This document shows positions 19,051-29,431 of a stretch of 64,000 bases of DNA, in pieces. Position numbers and translations under genes: made by a program. Location: NCBI GenBank assembly GCA_963724765.1, contig CAVRVY010000003.1, positions 1,280,001 to 1,344,000 of the forward strand, given 5' to 3'. A model generated the notes under the pieces. The model had not been told where the DNA came from and ran no database searches. It saw only the letters and a list, made by a program, of their open reading frames with translations. Position 1 is the first letter of the stretch. Each line of letters begins with the position of its first letter. The stretch comes from an uncultured delta proteobacterium. Its GTDB lineage: Bacteria > Desulfobacterota > Binatia > Binatales > Binataceae.

Positions 19051-20163
19051 CTAGCGCCATACACGACGCGCCAGCTCGGCAACCAGGCGCAGCTTGTCGC
19101 GCTCGATCGCCTCGGATATCGGATTGCCTTCCCATACCGTTCCGAAGCCGCACTGGGTCGACAATCCGAGCCGCTCGCGTGGAAAGTAACGGCTCGCTTC
19201 TTCGATCCGCCGCACAATTGCCTCGGCCGGCTCAAGCTCGGCGCGCTTGGTCGAGATGAGCCCAAGCACGACGCCCTTGTCGGGCGGGATGTCGCGCAGC
19301 GGCTCGAACGCTCCCGAACGCCAGTCGTCGTACTCCAGGAGCCATAGCGAGAAATTGCGGGCGCGCCTGAAGGCCTGCCTGGCGATTGCCTCGTAGCCGC
19401 CCTCGCCGACGTAGTAACCCTTGTTGTTGCCGCGGCATAGATGGAGGCCGAAGCTGACGCCGGGCACGTCGGCCACGGAGTTTAAAATGTCGATACCATC
19501 GGTCAGCAGGCGCTCGGGATCCATCCCGCGCTCGGCGAAGTCCTGGCGCCGGCGCTCCGGGTCGCACAGCATTCCGAGTTCGGGCGCGTCGATCTGGATG
19601 TATTGGCATCCGAGCGTCGCCAGTTCCTGCGCCTCCTGGCGCACGATCCCGGCCGCGTCAGCAAACAGAGCGAATGGATCCGGATAAGCGTCGCGCGAGT
19701 ATTCAGGCGACCATCGCAGCGTCATCATCAGCGGGCTCGGTAGCGTGACTTTCAGCGGCTTGCTGGCGCGTCCGCGCGCGTAGGTGAATTCCTCGTTGGT
19801 GAGCGAGCGCTTGCGTCGAATCTTCTCGACCACTGCGTATTGGACCTGGATCTCAGTCTCCTCGGCCGCCGCGCCCTGTGCGTGCGGCCGCCGCCAGATG
19901 CGTTTGAAGGCCGGAATTTCCTTTACCCCGGAGATGACGTCGGTCAGCGGCGCGATGAAGTGAGTGCGCCGCATCTCGCCGTCCGTTACCACGTCGACCC
20001 CGGCGTCTTCCTGCAGCGCGATAGCCTCATCCACCGCGCGATCCTCGACGCGTTTGAATTCCGGCGTCGAGAGCGTGCCCGCCTGCCACTGCTTGCGAGC
20101 CTCTTTGAGGAAGGCGGGCCGCAGGAGCGATCCGATCACTTCAGCACGATAGAGAATAGACAC
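19051..20163 (-). CDS. Cobalamin-independent methionine synthase II / catalytic-domain family protein
   Basis: GSLLRP, TDGEMRR, YIQIDAP, Zn ligands HLCRGN, LEYD, STQCGF. Confidence 0.9.
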   Translation of the reverse strand: MSILYRAEVIGSLLRPAFLKEARKQWQAGTLSTPEFKRVEDRAVDEAIALQEDAGVDVVTDGEMRRTHFIAPLTDVISGVKEIPAFKRIWRRPHAQGAAAEETEIQVQYAVVEKIRRKRSLTNEEFTYARGRASKPLKVTLPSPLMMTLRWSPEYSRDAYPDPFALFADAAGIVRQEAQELATLGCQYIQIDAPELGMLCDPERRRQDFAERGMDPERLLTDGIDILNSVADVPGVSFGLHLCRGNNKGYYVGEGGYEAIARQAFRRARNFSLWLLEYDDWRSGAFEPLRDIPPDKGVVLGLISTKRAELEPAEAIVRRIEEASRYFPRERLGLSTQCGFGTVWEGNPISEAIERDKLRLVAELARRVWR

Positions 20164-20258
20164 GACGCTCCCCCTTTAGCAGGACGGCTGCGACGCCGGC
20201 GCCCGCTTGCAGCCGAAATCTACAAGCCAACGATTGTGAGCGGCGGCAGTCCCGAATG

Positions 20259-21446
20259 CTAGCCCTTGGGCAGGCCGAGCACTCGCTCACCGATGATGTT
20301 GTGCTGAATCTCGTTGGTGCCGGCCGCGATAGTGCCGCGCCGCGCCGCGAGCATCCGATGCGACCATTTGCCATGGTCGATTGCTCCGGCGGCCTGGTAT
20401 TCGAATTGGCTGTAGACGCCGAGCAGTTCCATCGCGAACTTCTGGATGCGCAGGTTCAGGTCCGTGGTACCCAGTTTCATGATCGAGCCTTCCGGGCCGG
20501 GCGGCAATCCTTTGAGCTGGCGGGTGAGCTGGCGATAGCTGGTGTATTTGAGCGCCTCCGCCTCGCAGGCGAAGCGGGCGATTCGCTGCCGCACGTAGTT
20601 GTCGTGCCAGGCGCGATGGCCGTTGCGCTGGACCTTCTTGGCCAGCTCGCCGAGTTGTCTCACTTCGACCATCATATCGGTACGGCCGCCATGGATCGTT
20701 CGCTCGAACATCATATTGGTCATCGCGACCATCCATCCCTGGTTCTTCTGGCCCACCAGGTTCGCCTTCGGCACCATGACGTCTTCGAAAAAGACCTGGT
20801 TAAAGCCGCTCTCGCCGGTCATCTGCACGAGCGGGCGCACCGTCACGCCCGGGCTTTTCATGTCGACCAGCAGGTAGCTCAGACCCTTGTGCTTGGGCAG
20901 CGTGGGGTCGGTGCGGCACAGCAGGGTGGTGAGGTCGGCGTGATGGGCGTTGGAGGTCCAGACCTTGGAGCCGTTGACGATGAAGTGATCGCCCTCGTCG
21001 ATCGCGCGCGTCTGGACCGCCGCCAGATCGGAGCCGTGATTGGGCTCCGACAATCCCTGGCACCAGATTTCCTCGGCGGAGGGAATCCGGGGGATGTAGC
21101 GCTGTTTCTGTTCCGGCGTTCCCCATTGCATCAAGGTCGGGCCGACGCGCGCGATTCCCTGGAAGTTGATGGTGGGCGGCGCCTTGGCGCGGTCGAGTTC
21201 CTGCGAATAGATGATCTGCTGCAACAGGCTCGCGCCGCGCCCGCCGTATTCGCTGGGCCAGTGCATACACATCCAGCCGCCGTCGTAGAGCTTGCGATGC
21301 CATCGGCGGCGGCGCTCGAACTCTTCCTTGGTGTCGGGATCGTGCAGTTCGCCCTCGTCGTGCCAGTCGCGCGGGAGATTTTTCTCCAGCCAGGATCTGA
21401 AGTCGCGCCGGAACGCTTCGTCCTCTTCGCTGAATTTGAAATCCAT
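20259..21446 (-). CDS. Acyl-CoA dehydrogenase
   Basis: WCQGLSEPNHGSDLA, NGSKVWTS, FNQVFFEDV, TIAAGTNEIQ. Confidence 0.93.
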   Translation of the reverse strand: MDFKFSEEDEAFRRDFRSWLEKNLPRDWHDEGELHDPDTKEEFERRRRWHRKLYDGGWMCMHWPSEYGGRGASLLQQIIYSQELDRAKAPPTINFQGIARVGPTLMQWGTPEQKQRYIPRIPSAEEIWCQGLSEPNHGSDLAAVQTRAIDEGDHFIVNGSKVWTSNAHHADLTTLLCRTDPTLPKHKGLSYLLVDMKSPGVTVRPLVQMTGESGFNQVFFEDVMVPKANLVGQKNQGWMVAMTNMMFERTIHGGRTDMMVEVRQLGELAKKVQRNGHRAWHDNYVRQRIARFACEAEALKYTSYRQLTRQLKGLPPGPEGSIMKLGTTDLNLRIQKFAMELLGVYSQFEYQAAGAIDHGKWSHRMLAARRGTIAAGTNEIQHNIIGERVLGLPKG

Positions 21447-21599
21447 TGATGCGCCCTTCGCCGCTATCGTTACGGCGGCCACTGTAGCACAGGGCGGCGC
21501 CGTGCGTAACGCGGCGCCCGCCGGCGCTTGTCCAATCGCTTCGCGGTTGGCTAGTGTCAGAGCCCGAAAATAGATCATCCGGCATGAGGGTTCATCCCG

Positions 21600-22418
21600 A
21601 TGGAACAGGAATTGGCAGGCAAGGTCGTGATCATCACCGGCGCCGGGCGGATGCGCAGCATCGGCCGTCCGATCGCCAAACGGCTGGCGCAGGCGGGCGC
21701 CGCGATTGTAATCACCGGCACCGGACGTCCGCCCGAGCGCTATCCCGATGACGAGAAGGCGGCCGGATGGCGCGACATCGAGAGCGTCGCGGACGAGATC
21801 CGGCAGGCCGGCGGCCGCTGTCTGGCGCTGGTCTCCGACGTCGCCGATCCGCGCGCCGTTGAAGCGCTGGTCGATCGCACCATCGCCGAGTTCGGCCGTA
21901 TCGACATCCTCATCAACAACGCCAGTGCCGCGCGCGGCCCTGACCGCGTAGAGGCCGTCGAGCTTTCGTACGAAATCTGGAAGAAAGTGATGGTGACTAA
22001 CGTCGATGGGACCTTTCTGTTGTCGTGCGCGGCCGCGCGCAAAATGATCGCGCAGGGCCAGGGCGGTAGCATCGTCAACATCTCGTCGATCGCCAGCAAA
22101 ATCGCCCAGGCCAAGGCCGCGGCGTACTCCGCCTCCAAGGCCGCGGTCAACGCCCTTAGCCGCTCGATGGCGCTCGACCTCGCGCCCAGCGGCATCCGCG
22201 TCAACGCGATCTGCCCCGGCATCATCGACACGTTCCGCCTCGACGACCTTGGCCGCGGCGAAAGCTGGGAGAAGTTCGTCAAGAGTTTTATTCCGCTGGG
22301 CTACGCGGGCGACGGCAGTGAGTGCGCCGAGCTGGTCCTCTTCCTGGTCACCGATCGCGGCAAGTGGATAACCGGCCAGGCGATCAACATCGACGGCGGC
22401 ACGGTGTGGGGAAACTGA
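21600..22418 (+). CDS. Short-chain dehydrogenase/reductase
   Basis: TGAG..SIG, NNA, YSASK, RVNAICPG. Confidence 0.92.
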   Translation: MEQELAGKVVIITGAGRMRSIGRPIAKRLAQAGAAIVITGTGRPPERYPDDEKAAGWRDIESVADEIRQAGGRCLALVSDVADPRAVEALVDRTIAEFGRIDILINNASAARGPDRVEAVELSYEIWKKVMVTNVDGTFLLSCAAARKMIAQGQGGSIVNISSIASKIAQAKAAAYSASKAAVNALSRSMALDLAPSGIRVNAICPGIIDTFRLDDLGRGESWEKFVKSFIPLGYAGDGSECAELVLFLVTDRGKWITGQAINIDGGTVWGN

Positions 22419-23170
22419 TGAGCTCCGATATTGTCCTCTACGATTCCAGGGACACGATAGCGACGATCACGCTCAATCGTCCGGACAAGCTCAACGCGCT
22501 CTCCAACGCGCTGGTCGCCGAGTTGCGCGACGCACTTATCCATTTTCAGGCGAGCGAGGATCGCGTCGCCGTCCTGACCGGCGCGGGCCAGCGCGCGTTC
22601 AGCGCCGGCGCCGACCTTCGCGATCCGCCTCGGGACCCGGAGCTATGGGAATGCATGCCGGGCGTCGGGGTGCCGCTTACCAAACCGACTATCGCGGCAG
22701 TGGCGGGACATTGTATCGGCGGCGGCTGCTGCCTGGTCGAGTTTTGCACGCTGGCGGTGGCTGCCGACAATGCGGACTTTTCCTATCCCGAGGCGCAACT
22801 GGGATTCTGCGGCGGTCTCATCGCCGGCCTGGCGGTGCGAATTCCGTATAAAGTGGCGATGGAGCTTATGCTGACCGGCATGCACATGAAGGCCGAGCGC
22901 GCCTACGAGGTCGGGATGGTCAACGCCGTCGTCCCATTGCAGCGGCGGATGGAGGCCGCATACGAGTACGCCCGCAAGCTGGCCGAAAGCGCGCCTCTGG
23001 TGCTGGGCCTGCTCGAAACTTTCACCCGCGACACGCTGCTGCCGCGCGGCCCCTCTGAGCTGTCGGCGCTCGCGCGCCGTCATCTGCTGCGTGTGGCGCG
23101 ATCCGAGGACGCGAAGGAAGGCGGGCGGTCTTTCAGCGAAAAGCGCAAGCCGCGCTTCAAGGGCCGCTAG
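22418..23170 (+). CDS. Enoyl-CoA hydratase/isomerase family protein
   Basis: TLNRPDKLNAL, AFSAGADL, KPTIAAV.G.CIGGG; start overlaps the SDR stop. Confidence 0.9.
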   Translation: MSSDIVLYDSRDTIATITLNRPDKLNALSNALVAELRDALIHFQASEDRVAVLTGAGQRAFSAGADLRDPPRDPELWECMPGVGVPLTKPTIAAVAGHCIGGGCCLVEFCTLAVAADNADFSYPEAQLGFCGGLIAGLAVRIPYKVAMELMLTGMHMKAERAYEVGMVNAVVPLQRRMEAAYEYARKLAESAPLVLGLLETFTRDTLLPRGPSELSALARRHLLRVARSEDAKEGGRSFSEKRKPRFKGR

Positions 23171-23307
23171 TCAAAACCGGCACGTTGCACCAAGACGATC
23201 GGTATGTCTATCGTTTGTCTTGTGTTTGGCTTGCAGGACTCCTGAACCCCCGTCAATCCACCTCCAAAGTCCTTTGAGAATGTACGAAGTGATGCAGGAG
23301 CGATCCG

Positions 23308-23502
23308 ATGAGAGTCGTTGTGGATCACAATCTTTGCGAAGGGAACGGCCGCTGTGCGGAAGTTGCGCCCCAGATGTTCGAACTTCGCGACGACGACCGC
23401 AGCTATGTACTGATTCAGAGTCCACCCCAGAATCTGCGCGCGAAGATCCAGCTCGCGGCGACGCTCTGTCCGCGCCAGGCCATCCGCCTGGTCGAGGACT
23501 AG
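23308..23502 (+). CDS. Ferredoxin (P450-associated, 3Fe-4S type)
   Basis: CEGNGRC..CPRQAI directly upstream of the P450. Confidence 0.88.
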   Translation: MRVVVDHNLCEGNGRCAEVAPQMFELRDDDRSYVLIQSPPQNLRAKIQLAATLCPRQAIRLVED

Positions 23503-23510
23503 CCAAGGCC

Positions 23511-24752
23511 ATGGCCACGCTCACACTCGAAACACTCGATATCATCAATCCCGACCTTTACGTCCAGCGCGGCTATCCGCACGAGGAATGGGCGCTGCTC
23601 AGAAAGGAGGCGCCGGTCTTCCGCTATGAGCGGCCGGGTGTCGAGCCGTTCTGGGCCATCACCAAGCACGCTGACATCGTGAACGTCTCGCGCCAGCCCG
23701 ATCTGTTCAGAAGCAGCCAGTTCCTTTTCATCACCCAGGACGAGCCGGGCTCGCCCCTTCCTGACGAGGCGGTGCTGCGCCAGCTACTCAACATGAACCC
23801 GCCCGAGCACGGCGAATTTCGCCGGGTGGTGAATCAGCGCTTCACGCCGCGCTCGGTGCGGCAGTTGAAAGACCAGATCGAACACATTACGAGCGACGTG
23901 CTCGACGACCTGATGGGGCGCGAGCAATGCGACTTCGTGACCGAGGTCTCGGCCAAGCTTCCACTGGCGGTGATCGCCGAGATGTTCGGCATTCCGCGCG
24001 CCGACTGGGCGATGATGTTCCGGCTGAGCAATGCGATGATCGGTCCGGCGGACCCGGAATACGGCGGCAGCGCAACGATCAAGGAGAACCTCGAACGCGC
24101 GCGGATGGAATTCTTCCAGTACTTCAACCAGCTCTGCGAAGACCGGCGCAAGCACCCGCGCGACGACCTCGCGAGCGCGCTTGCCAACGGCACGGTCTAT
24201 GGTGGGCCGCTCCCGCCGTTCGAGCTCCTGTCATACTTCGCGTTGCTCATCATCGCCGGCAACGAAACCACGCGCAACGCCACCACCGGCGGCCTGCATT
24301 CCCTCATCAGCCATCCGGATCAATGGGAGCGCCTAAGGCACGATCCGTCGCTGGCGCCTAAGGCGGCTGAGGAAATTGTTCGATGGACGTCGCCGGTGAT
24401 CCAGTTCACGCGCATTGCCACCGCCGACACCGTGCTTGGGGGCCAGCAGCTCCGCGAGGGCGACATTGTGGCGCTTTTCTATCCCTCGGCCGCCCGCGAC
24501 GAGGACGTCTTCGAGCAGCCCTCCGCGTTCGACATCGGACGCTATCCGAATCCGCACATCTCCTTCGGCATCGGCGAGCATTTCTGCCTCGGGGCGAATC
24601 TCGCGCGGCTCGAATTGCAGGTGATGTTTCGTCAACTGGCGGAGCGGATGGAATTCGTGGAGCTGGCCGGGCCCACGCAGCGGATGCGTTCGAGTTTCGT
24701 CGGCGGGATTAAGCACATGCCGATTCGCTACCGGATCCGCGCGCGCGCGTGA
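23511..24752 (+). CDS. Cytochrome P450
   Basis: AGNETT, EEIVR, heme motif FGIGEHFCLG. Confidence 0.95.
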   Translation: MATLTLETLDIINPDLYVQRGYPHEEWALLRKEAPVFRYERPGVEPFWAITKHADIVNVSRQPDLFRSSQFLFITQDEPGSPLPDEAVLRQLLNMNPPEHGEFRRVVNQRFTPRSVRQLKDQIEHITSDVLDDLMGREQCDFVTEVSAKLPLAVIAEMFGIPRADWAMMFRLSNAMIGPADPEYGGSATIKENLERARMEFFQYFNQLCEDRRKHPRDDLASALANGTVYGGPLPPFELLSYFALLIIAGNETTRNATTGGLHSLISHPDQWERLRHDPSLAPKAAEEIVRWTSPVIQFTRIATADTVLGGQQLREGDIVALFYPSAARDEDVFEQPSAFDIGRYPNPHISFGIGEHFCLGANLARLELQVMFRQLAERMEFVELAGPTQRMRSSFVGGIKHMPIRYRIRARA

Positions 24753-24836
24753 TTCGCACGGCGCGCCCCCGCCGCGGGATGAAATTTTGGGCCCCTCCCC
24801 CGAAACTGCGGGGAATGATTTGTAATGGGGCTGCGC

Positions 24837-25337
24837 TCAGGAGCGCGCCGCGGGCAACGACGCGAGGCTTTGCGAGAGCAACTCCAGCGCGGCGGCTGCG
24901 AAGGCGCGCATGTTGGCGACGCGGTCGCTGCTGCCGGTCTCGACCGTGACCGCGCGATCGACGGGCCCCGCGATGGCGATACAACTGTGTCCCGCTGGGT
25001 TGCCATAGCTATTGCCTGTAGGGCCGGCAGCGCCGACCTCGGCCAGGCTCCAGCTGCTCGAAAAGCGCTTGAGCGTCCCACGCGCGAGCACCTGCGCGAG
25101 CGCTTCGGTCACTCCACGGATGCCCTTGAAGGCCGAGTCCGGGATGTCGAGCAGCGTGCGGCGCGATTCGCGGGTATAGACGATCGCGCCGCCGAGGAAG
25201 TAGACGGACGCGCCCGGCACCGCGAGCAGCGCGGCCGCGATGAGGCCGCCGGCCGAGGACTCGGCGATGGCGATCGTTTCATGGCGATCCTTGAGAAGGG
25301 CGCCCAGCTTCCCGGCAATCGGCAGCAGGTCCTGCAT
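24837..25337 (-). CDS. CinA C-terminal domain / NMN deamidase-like protein
   Basis: IAIAESSAGGLI..PGASVYF.GG..Y, GAAGP. Confidence 0.88.
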   Translation of the reverse strand: MQDLLPIAGKLGALLKDRHETIAIAESSAGGLIAAALLAVPGASVYFLGGAIVYTRESRRTLLDIPDSAFKGIRGVTEALAQVLARGTLKRFSSSWSLAEVGAAGPTGNSYGNPAGHSCIAIAGPVDRAVTVETGSSDRVANMRAFAAAALELLSQSLASLPAARS

Positions 25338-25429
25338 TGAGGGTTCACTCCTTAGCGCTCAACGATATTGCCGCAGCATAATGGGTGGATGCGGCAAAAG
25401 GCCAATCGAAAGCGCGCGCCGCTATTTTA

Positions 25430-25717
25430 TTATTTCATCTCGATCTCGATGAAGCTGAATTCGAACGGGTTCTGATTTATCACGTCGTGCGCGACGCCCG
25501 CGTCGCGAGCGTAGGGAGCGCCGGTGACCAGCTCGGCGTCGCTCGGCGCGCCGTCGGGGGCGACGATGCGCAGCTTCCCGGTGGTCAGCGGCACCACCAC
25601 GTAATCGTGCGCGTGAACATGAGGCCCCGTCGACTCGCCCGGAGCAAAGGTCCATCGCGTTACGATCACGCGGTGATTTTCGATCAGCCGTTCTGATTTC
25701 GCCCGAACCTCGTTCAT
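25430..25717 (-). CDS. Small cupin protein
   Basis: IEN.RV.VT.W.F.PGESTGPHVH..DYVVVP..GVAHDV.N; GGAG RBS. Confidence 0.8.
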   Translation of the reverse strand: MNEVRAKSERLIENHRVIVTRWTFAPGESTGPHVHAHDYVVVPLTTGKLRIVAPDGAPSDAELVTGAPYARDAGVAHDVINQNPFEFSFIEIEMK

Positions 25718-25948
25718 GACGGACTCCATTGCATCCGATGGCTTGACAGCTCTGGAGCCTATCTTGTAGCGGCTTTCGGACGGAATCAAAGCCCGGCAAA
25801 ATGATAGCCAGCCCATGGTGGAGAGGATGACACGAGTCTTGGAAATCATGGCGCAAACACGATAAAGGAGACCACGCGCCGCACCCTGTCGGGAGCGGCC
25901 AGAGCGTTGCATGCAAGGTCAACGAACTTCCGCAGCGTCCTGAAGTAT

Positions 25949-27409
25949 ATGGCCGTGAAATATTTGGCGCTGATTCTCGCGATCGCGGCGCTCAGCCTGT
26001 TCGCAGGTTGGGCGGCGACCAGCGCGGGCAGCGACGACGCGCACACCCAGGCCAAGGTTCACCCCCCAGCCGCGGGCAAGAGCGCGGCCTACGTTCAGGG
26101 CGCCAGCCGCGACTACGCCACGGCGGCAGCCAGCTACGACGGGCTCGAGCGCTATTCGACCTGGGAAAATTCGGACGGTAAATCGGCGACTTACGAGCCC
26201 GAAGGGCCTTTTACCGCCGAGAACCCATTCTTCGAGCCGATGGGAACCAACGGACGCTCGTGTGTCACCTGTCACAATCCGAGTGCCGGATGGACGATCA
26301 CGCCGGTGCAGATTCGCGCGCGCTTCGAGGCCAGCCACGGCACCGATCCGCTGTTCCGGCCAATCGACGGCGCCACCTGTCCCGATGCCGACGTATCGAC
26401 CCCGGCGGCGATGAAGAAGACGTACAGCCTGCTGCTCAACAAGGGGCTCATCCGAATCGGTATCCCGATACCGCCGAGTGCCGAGTTCTCGGTGGTCAAG
26501 GTGGACGACCCATACCACTGCACCAGGCTGAGCAGTCCGCGCAGCGGGGTGCTTTCGGTCTACCGCCGCCCGCTACAGGCGACCAATCTGCGTTTCGAGG
26601 ACTCGCTCATGTGGGACGGGCGCATGGGCGACCTCGAGCATCAGGCCAATGACGCCGTGCGCAATCACGAACAGGCTATCGATGGGCCGATGCCTGACCA
26701 GCTTGCACGGATGATCGAATTCGAGACCGGTACTTACGACGCACAGACCTGGGTGCCCAAGGCGGGCTCGCTGCAGGACGGCGGCGTGGGCGGCGGGCCG
26801 GTCGCACTCTCGCGCGAACCGTTCTTTATCGGGATTAACGATCCCTTTGGCAACAATCCCACCGGCGAGCAGACCTCGCTGCACGTGTTCAACCTCTACG
26901 ACCTGTGGCGCGGCGATTCCAATCCCGCGCGGGCGCGGATTGCGCGCGGTCAGGCGATCTTCAACGCGACCCCGATGATTATCGGGGGAGTCCCCGGCCT
27001 CGACGACGCCGAGGACCATCCGACTCACGAGGGCTTCTGCACCACCTGCCACGACACGCCGAACGTAGGTAACCGCTCGATCAACATACTGATGAATATC
27101 GGTACGGCGGATGTCACGCGCCGCACGCCCGACATGCCGCTGTTCACGCTGCGATGCGACGCCGGCGCGCTCAAGGGTCAGACGTTCCAGGTGATCGACC
27201 CGGGTCAGGCGCTGATTACCGGCAAGTGCACCGATATCGGACGGTTCAAAACCTCCAGCCTGCGCGGGCTTGCCTCGCGACCGCCGTACTTTCATGACGG
27301 GCAATCGGCCACGCTGATGGACGTGGTGAACTTCTACAACGACCGCTTTCAGGTCGGGCTCACGACCGAAGAGAAGGAAGACCTGGTCGCGTTCCTCAAG
27401 ACGCTGTAG
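25949..27409 (+). CDS. Secreted di-heme cytochrome c (cytochrome c peroxidase/MauG superfamily)
   Basis: Signal peptide; CVTCH and CTTCH; MWDGR; FKTSSLRGL..PPYFHDG. Confidence 0.82.
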   Translation: MAVKYLALILAIAALSLFAGWAATSAGSDDAHTQAKVHPPAAGKSAAYVQGASRDYATAAASYDGLERYSTWENSDGKSATYEPEGPFTAENPFFEPMGTNGRSCVTCHNPSAGWTITPVQIRARFEASHGTDPLFRPIDGATCPDADVSTPAAMKKTYSLLLNKGLIRIGIPIPPSAEFSVVKVDDPYHCTRLSSPRSGVLSVYRRPLQATNLRFEDSLMWDGRMGDLEHQANDAVRNHEQAIDGPMPDQLARMIEFETGTYDAQTWVPKAGSLQDGGVGGGPVALSREPFFIGINDPFGNNPTGEQTSLHVFNLYDLWRGDSNPARARIARGQAIFNATPMIIGGVPGLDDAEDHPTHEGFCTTCHDTPNVGNRSINILMNIGTADVTRRTPDMPLFTLRCDAGALKGQTFQVIDPGQALITGKCTDIGRFKTSSLRGLASRPPYFHDGQSATLMDVVNFYNDRFQVGLTTEEKEDLVAFLKTL

Positions 27410-27451
27410 CGCTTGCGCGCTTCGCTGTATCGTGCACGCGGTTTCCCAACT

Positions 27452-27844
27452 CTAGTCCTTGAGCATCGCGACGCACTTGATCTCGACCATCAAACCCGGC
27501 ATCGCCAGCGCCGTGACGCCGACTCCGGTCCAGGCCGGATACTCACCGGTGTAGTAACGATCCTTGACGGTGATGAAAAGCTGAAGGTCGCGCATGTCGG
27601 TATGGTAGGTGACCATCTCGACCACGTCGTCAAACGTGGCGCCAGCAGCGGTCAGCACCTTTTTCAGATTTTCGAAGGCCTGGACGAATTGCGCCTCTTT
27701 GCCCTCGACCACGTTGAGGTTTGCGTCGCGTCCCACCTGTCCGGCGATGAAGAGCAGGTTGCCCGCTTTTACACCGGGATTGTAATGGAAGCGCTGCTTG
27801 ATCACTTCCATCTCTTTGGGGACGACGTTTGTGCGCCTGGTCAT
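27452..27844 (-). CDS. RidA/YjgF family protein
   Basis: LFIAGQVG, QAFENL, YPAWT.VGV..L..VEI. Confidence 0.9.
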   Translation of the reverse strand: MTRRTNVVPKEMEVIKQRFHYNPGVKAGNLLFIAGQVGRDANLNVVEGKEAQFVQAFENLKKVLTAAGATFDDVVEMVTYHTDMRDLQLFITVKDRYYTGEYPAWTGVGVTALAMPGLMVEIKCVAMLKD

Positions 27845-27901
27845 GGTTGGTCTCCTCGGCTAGCTCGTATCAACACCGTCACTCGGAGGGCCACTTGAAT
27901 T

Positions 27902-28756
27902 TCACTTGTCATATTCCTCATACATCTGAAGCACCGCTTCCGTCTCGGCATCGGCCGGATAGAAGACTTCAACATGCAATTCCTGTAGCGTGACGTCGTG
28001 CGGCGTCGCGACGGTTGTGACCGTGCTGAACATCCGCGCGATCTTGCCGTTCAGCTTCAGTTCCATAGGCAGGATCAATTCGTGCGGCGCCTCGAGTTCG
28101 GGTTCGCGCCAGCGGGCTGGAACGCCCGGGTAACTCAATATTTCCGCGATCAGCTCTTTCAGCCTATCGTCGCGAGCCCACGCCAGCCGCCGATAGGCCT
28201 CATTTAGCAATGATCTGGCGATCGCCTCCCAATTCACGATGATCTTGCGCACGCCGTTGGGGTCGAAAAGCAGGCGCAGCACGTTCAACCGTGGCGGCGT
28301 CGATACGCCGAGCGGTAGCAGGCCCGCCGGCGCTTTGCCCAAAGTGACGGTCAGGAATCGGACAAAAGCGCCGTTGGCCATCACCACGTTCCAGTGACGA
28401 TCGTGAGCGATTGCGCTGCGCGGCTCGTTGGACCTGAGAATTACTTCGACCGCGGCGCGCACCTGGGTCATTCGCGGATCGTCCAAACTGGTCTCGCCGT
28501 AAACCGGCGCGTAGCCTGCCGCCAGCAGCAGAAAGTTTCGTTCTCGCAGAGGCACATCGAGCACGTTCGATAGTGTCAGGAGCATCTCCCTGCTTGGCTC
28601 CGCTCTGCCGGTTTCGAGAAAGCTGATGTGACGGGCGGAAACCTGCGCTTCCAACGCCAACTCGAGCTGGCTCAAATGACGCGATTCGCGCCAACGGCGC
28701 AGGAGCGGTCCGACCCCGCCTGGTTCTACGGCCATTCCATTGCGCTGAACATCCAT
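27902..28756 (-). CDS. XRE-family HTH regulator with an MmyB-like ligand-binding domain
   Basis: LLRRWR..SQLELA..VSARHISFLETGR.EPS, LRERN.LL.AAGYAP, ELHVEVFYPAD. Confidence 0.9.
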   Translation of the reverse strand: MDVQRNGMAVEPGGVGPLLRRWRESRHLSQLELALEAQVSARHISFLETGRAEPSREMLLTLSNVLDVPLRERNFLLLAAGYAPVYGETSLDDPRMTQVRAAVEVILRSNEPRSAIAHDRHWNVVMANGAFVRFLTVTLGKAPAGLLPLGVSTPPRLNVLRLLFDPNGVRKIIVNWEAIARSLLNEAYRRLAWARDDRLKELIAEILSYPGVPARWREPELEAPHELILPMELKLNGKIARMFSTVTTVATPHDVTLQELHVEVFYPADAETEAVLQMYEEYDK

Positions 28757-28791
28757 AGCAAGTAGCCCTAGCAACGGGCGGTCAGCAGCGT

Positions 28792-28812
28792 CGATTACCT
28801 CGGAGGTAATCG
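28792..28812. promoter_or_regulatory. Palindromic operator upstream of the XRE regulator
   Basis: cgattacctc-g-gaggtaatcg, perfect 10-bp arms. Confidence 0.75.
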
Positions 28813-28957
28813 CCTGAGCACGGTTATCGCACCATACGCGGCCGTAAGGCGAGCGATTGTGCGGGCGCAGCGATCTGACGGACCGGCGCTCCGCCCGGTC
28901 ATCGCCCGAAGGCGCGCGAAAGCAGAGCGTCGGTCCGTCCCTGTTTCGGCGAGCCGT

Positions 28958-29344
28958 CTAACTGCTCTTCACGTAGCCCATCGCCTCGATAATCTGGGCG
29001 CCGCGGACTCGCATCAGATTCACGCCGCGCACGGAATTGTTCTCGCCCGCGCCCCAGAAATAGCGCCATCTAATTATCGCGCGGTCGCCGGCCACCAACA
29101 CCTCCTCCGGTTCGAAGTGCGTTCCGGACTCTCCCGCGAGCCGTTGCCATACGTCTAGACACGCCTGGCGTCCGACGTGGCGAGAACCGTTGGGCGCGGG
29201 CCGCGTGCTTTCGATTATGCAGTCCTCCGCAACCAGTTCCGTGAGAGCATCCGGGTCATGACGCTGAAAAGCCTGGTTGAAGCGCCGCATCACCTCGGAC
29301 GTATGACTGACGGTTTGAGCATTTTCTCCATTCATCTCGTTCAT
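28958..29344 (-). CDS. SnoaL/NTF2-like protein
   Basis: FNQAF..HD..L..AEDC..GRQA..WRY..VRGVN. Confidence 0.8.
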   Translation of the reverse strand: MNEMNGENAQTVSHTSEVMRRFNQAFQRHDPDALTELVAEDCIIESTRPAPNGSRHVGRQACLDVWQRLAGESGTHFEPEEVLVAGDRAIIRWRYFWGAGENNSVRGVNLMRVRGAQIIEAMGYVKSS

Positions 29345-29431
29345 TAAGATCGCTCCGTTGTTGGACAGGCGGCCGCGTGAAGGCGGCCGCCTGTTCGCGT
29401 TCGCGTTTCGCCGCTCCCGATCGTAGAAACC

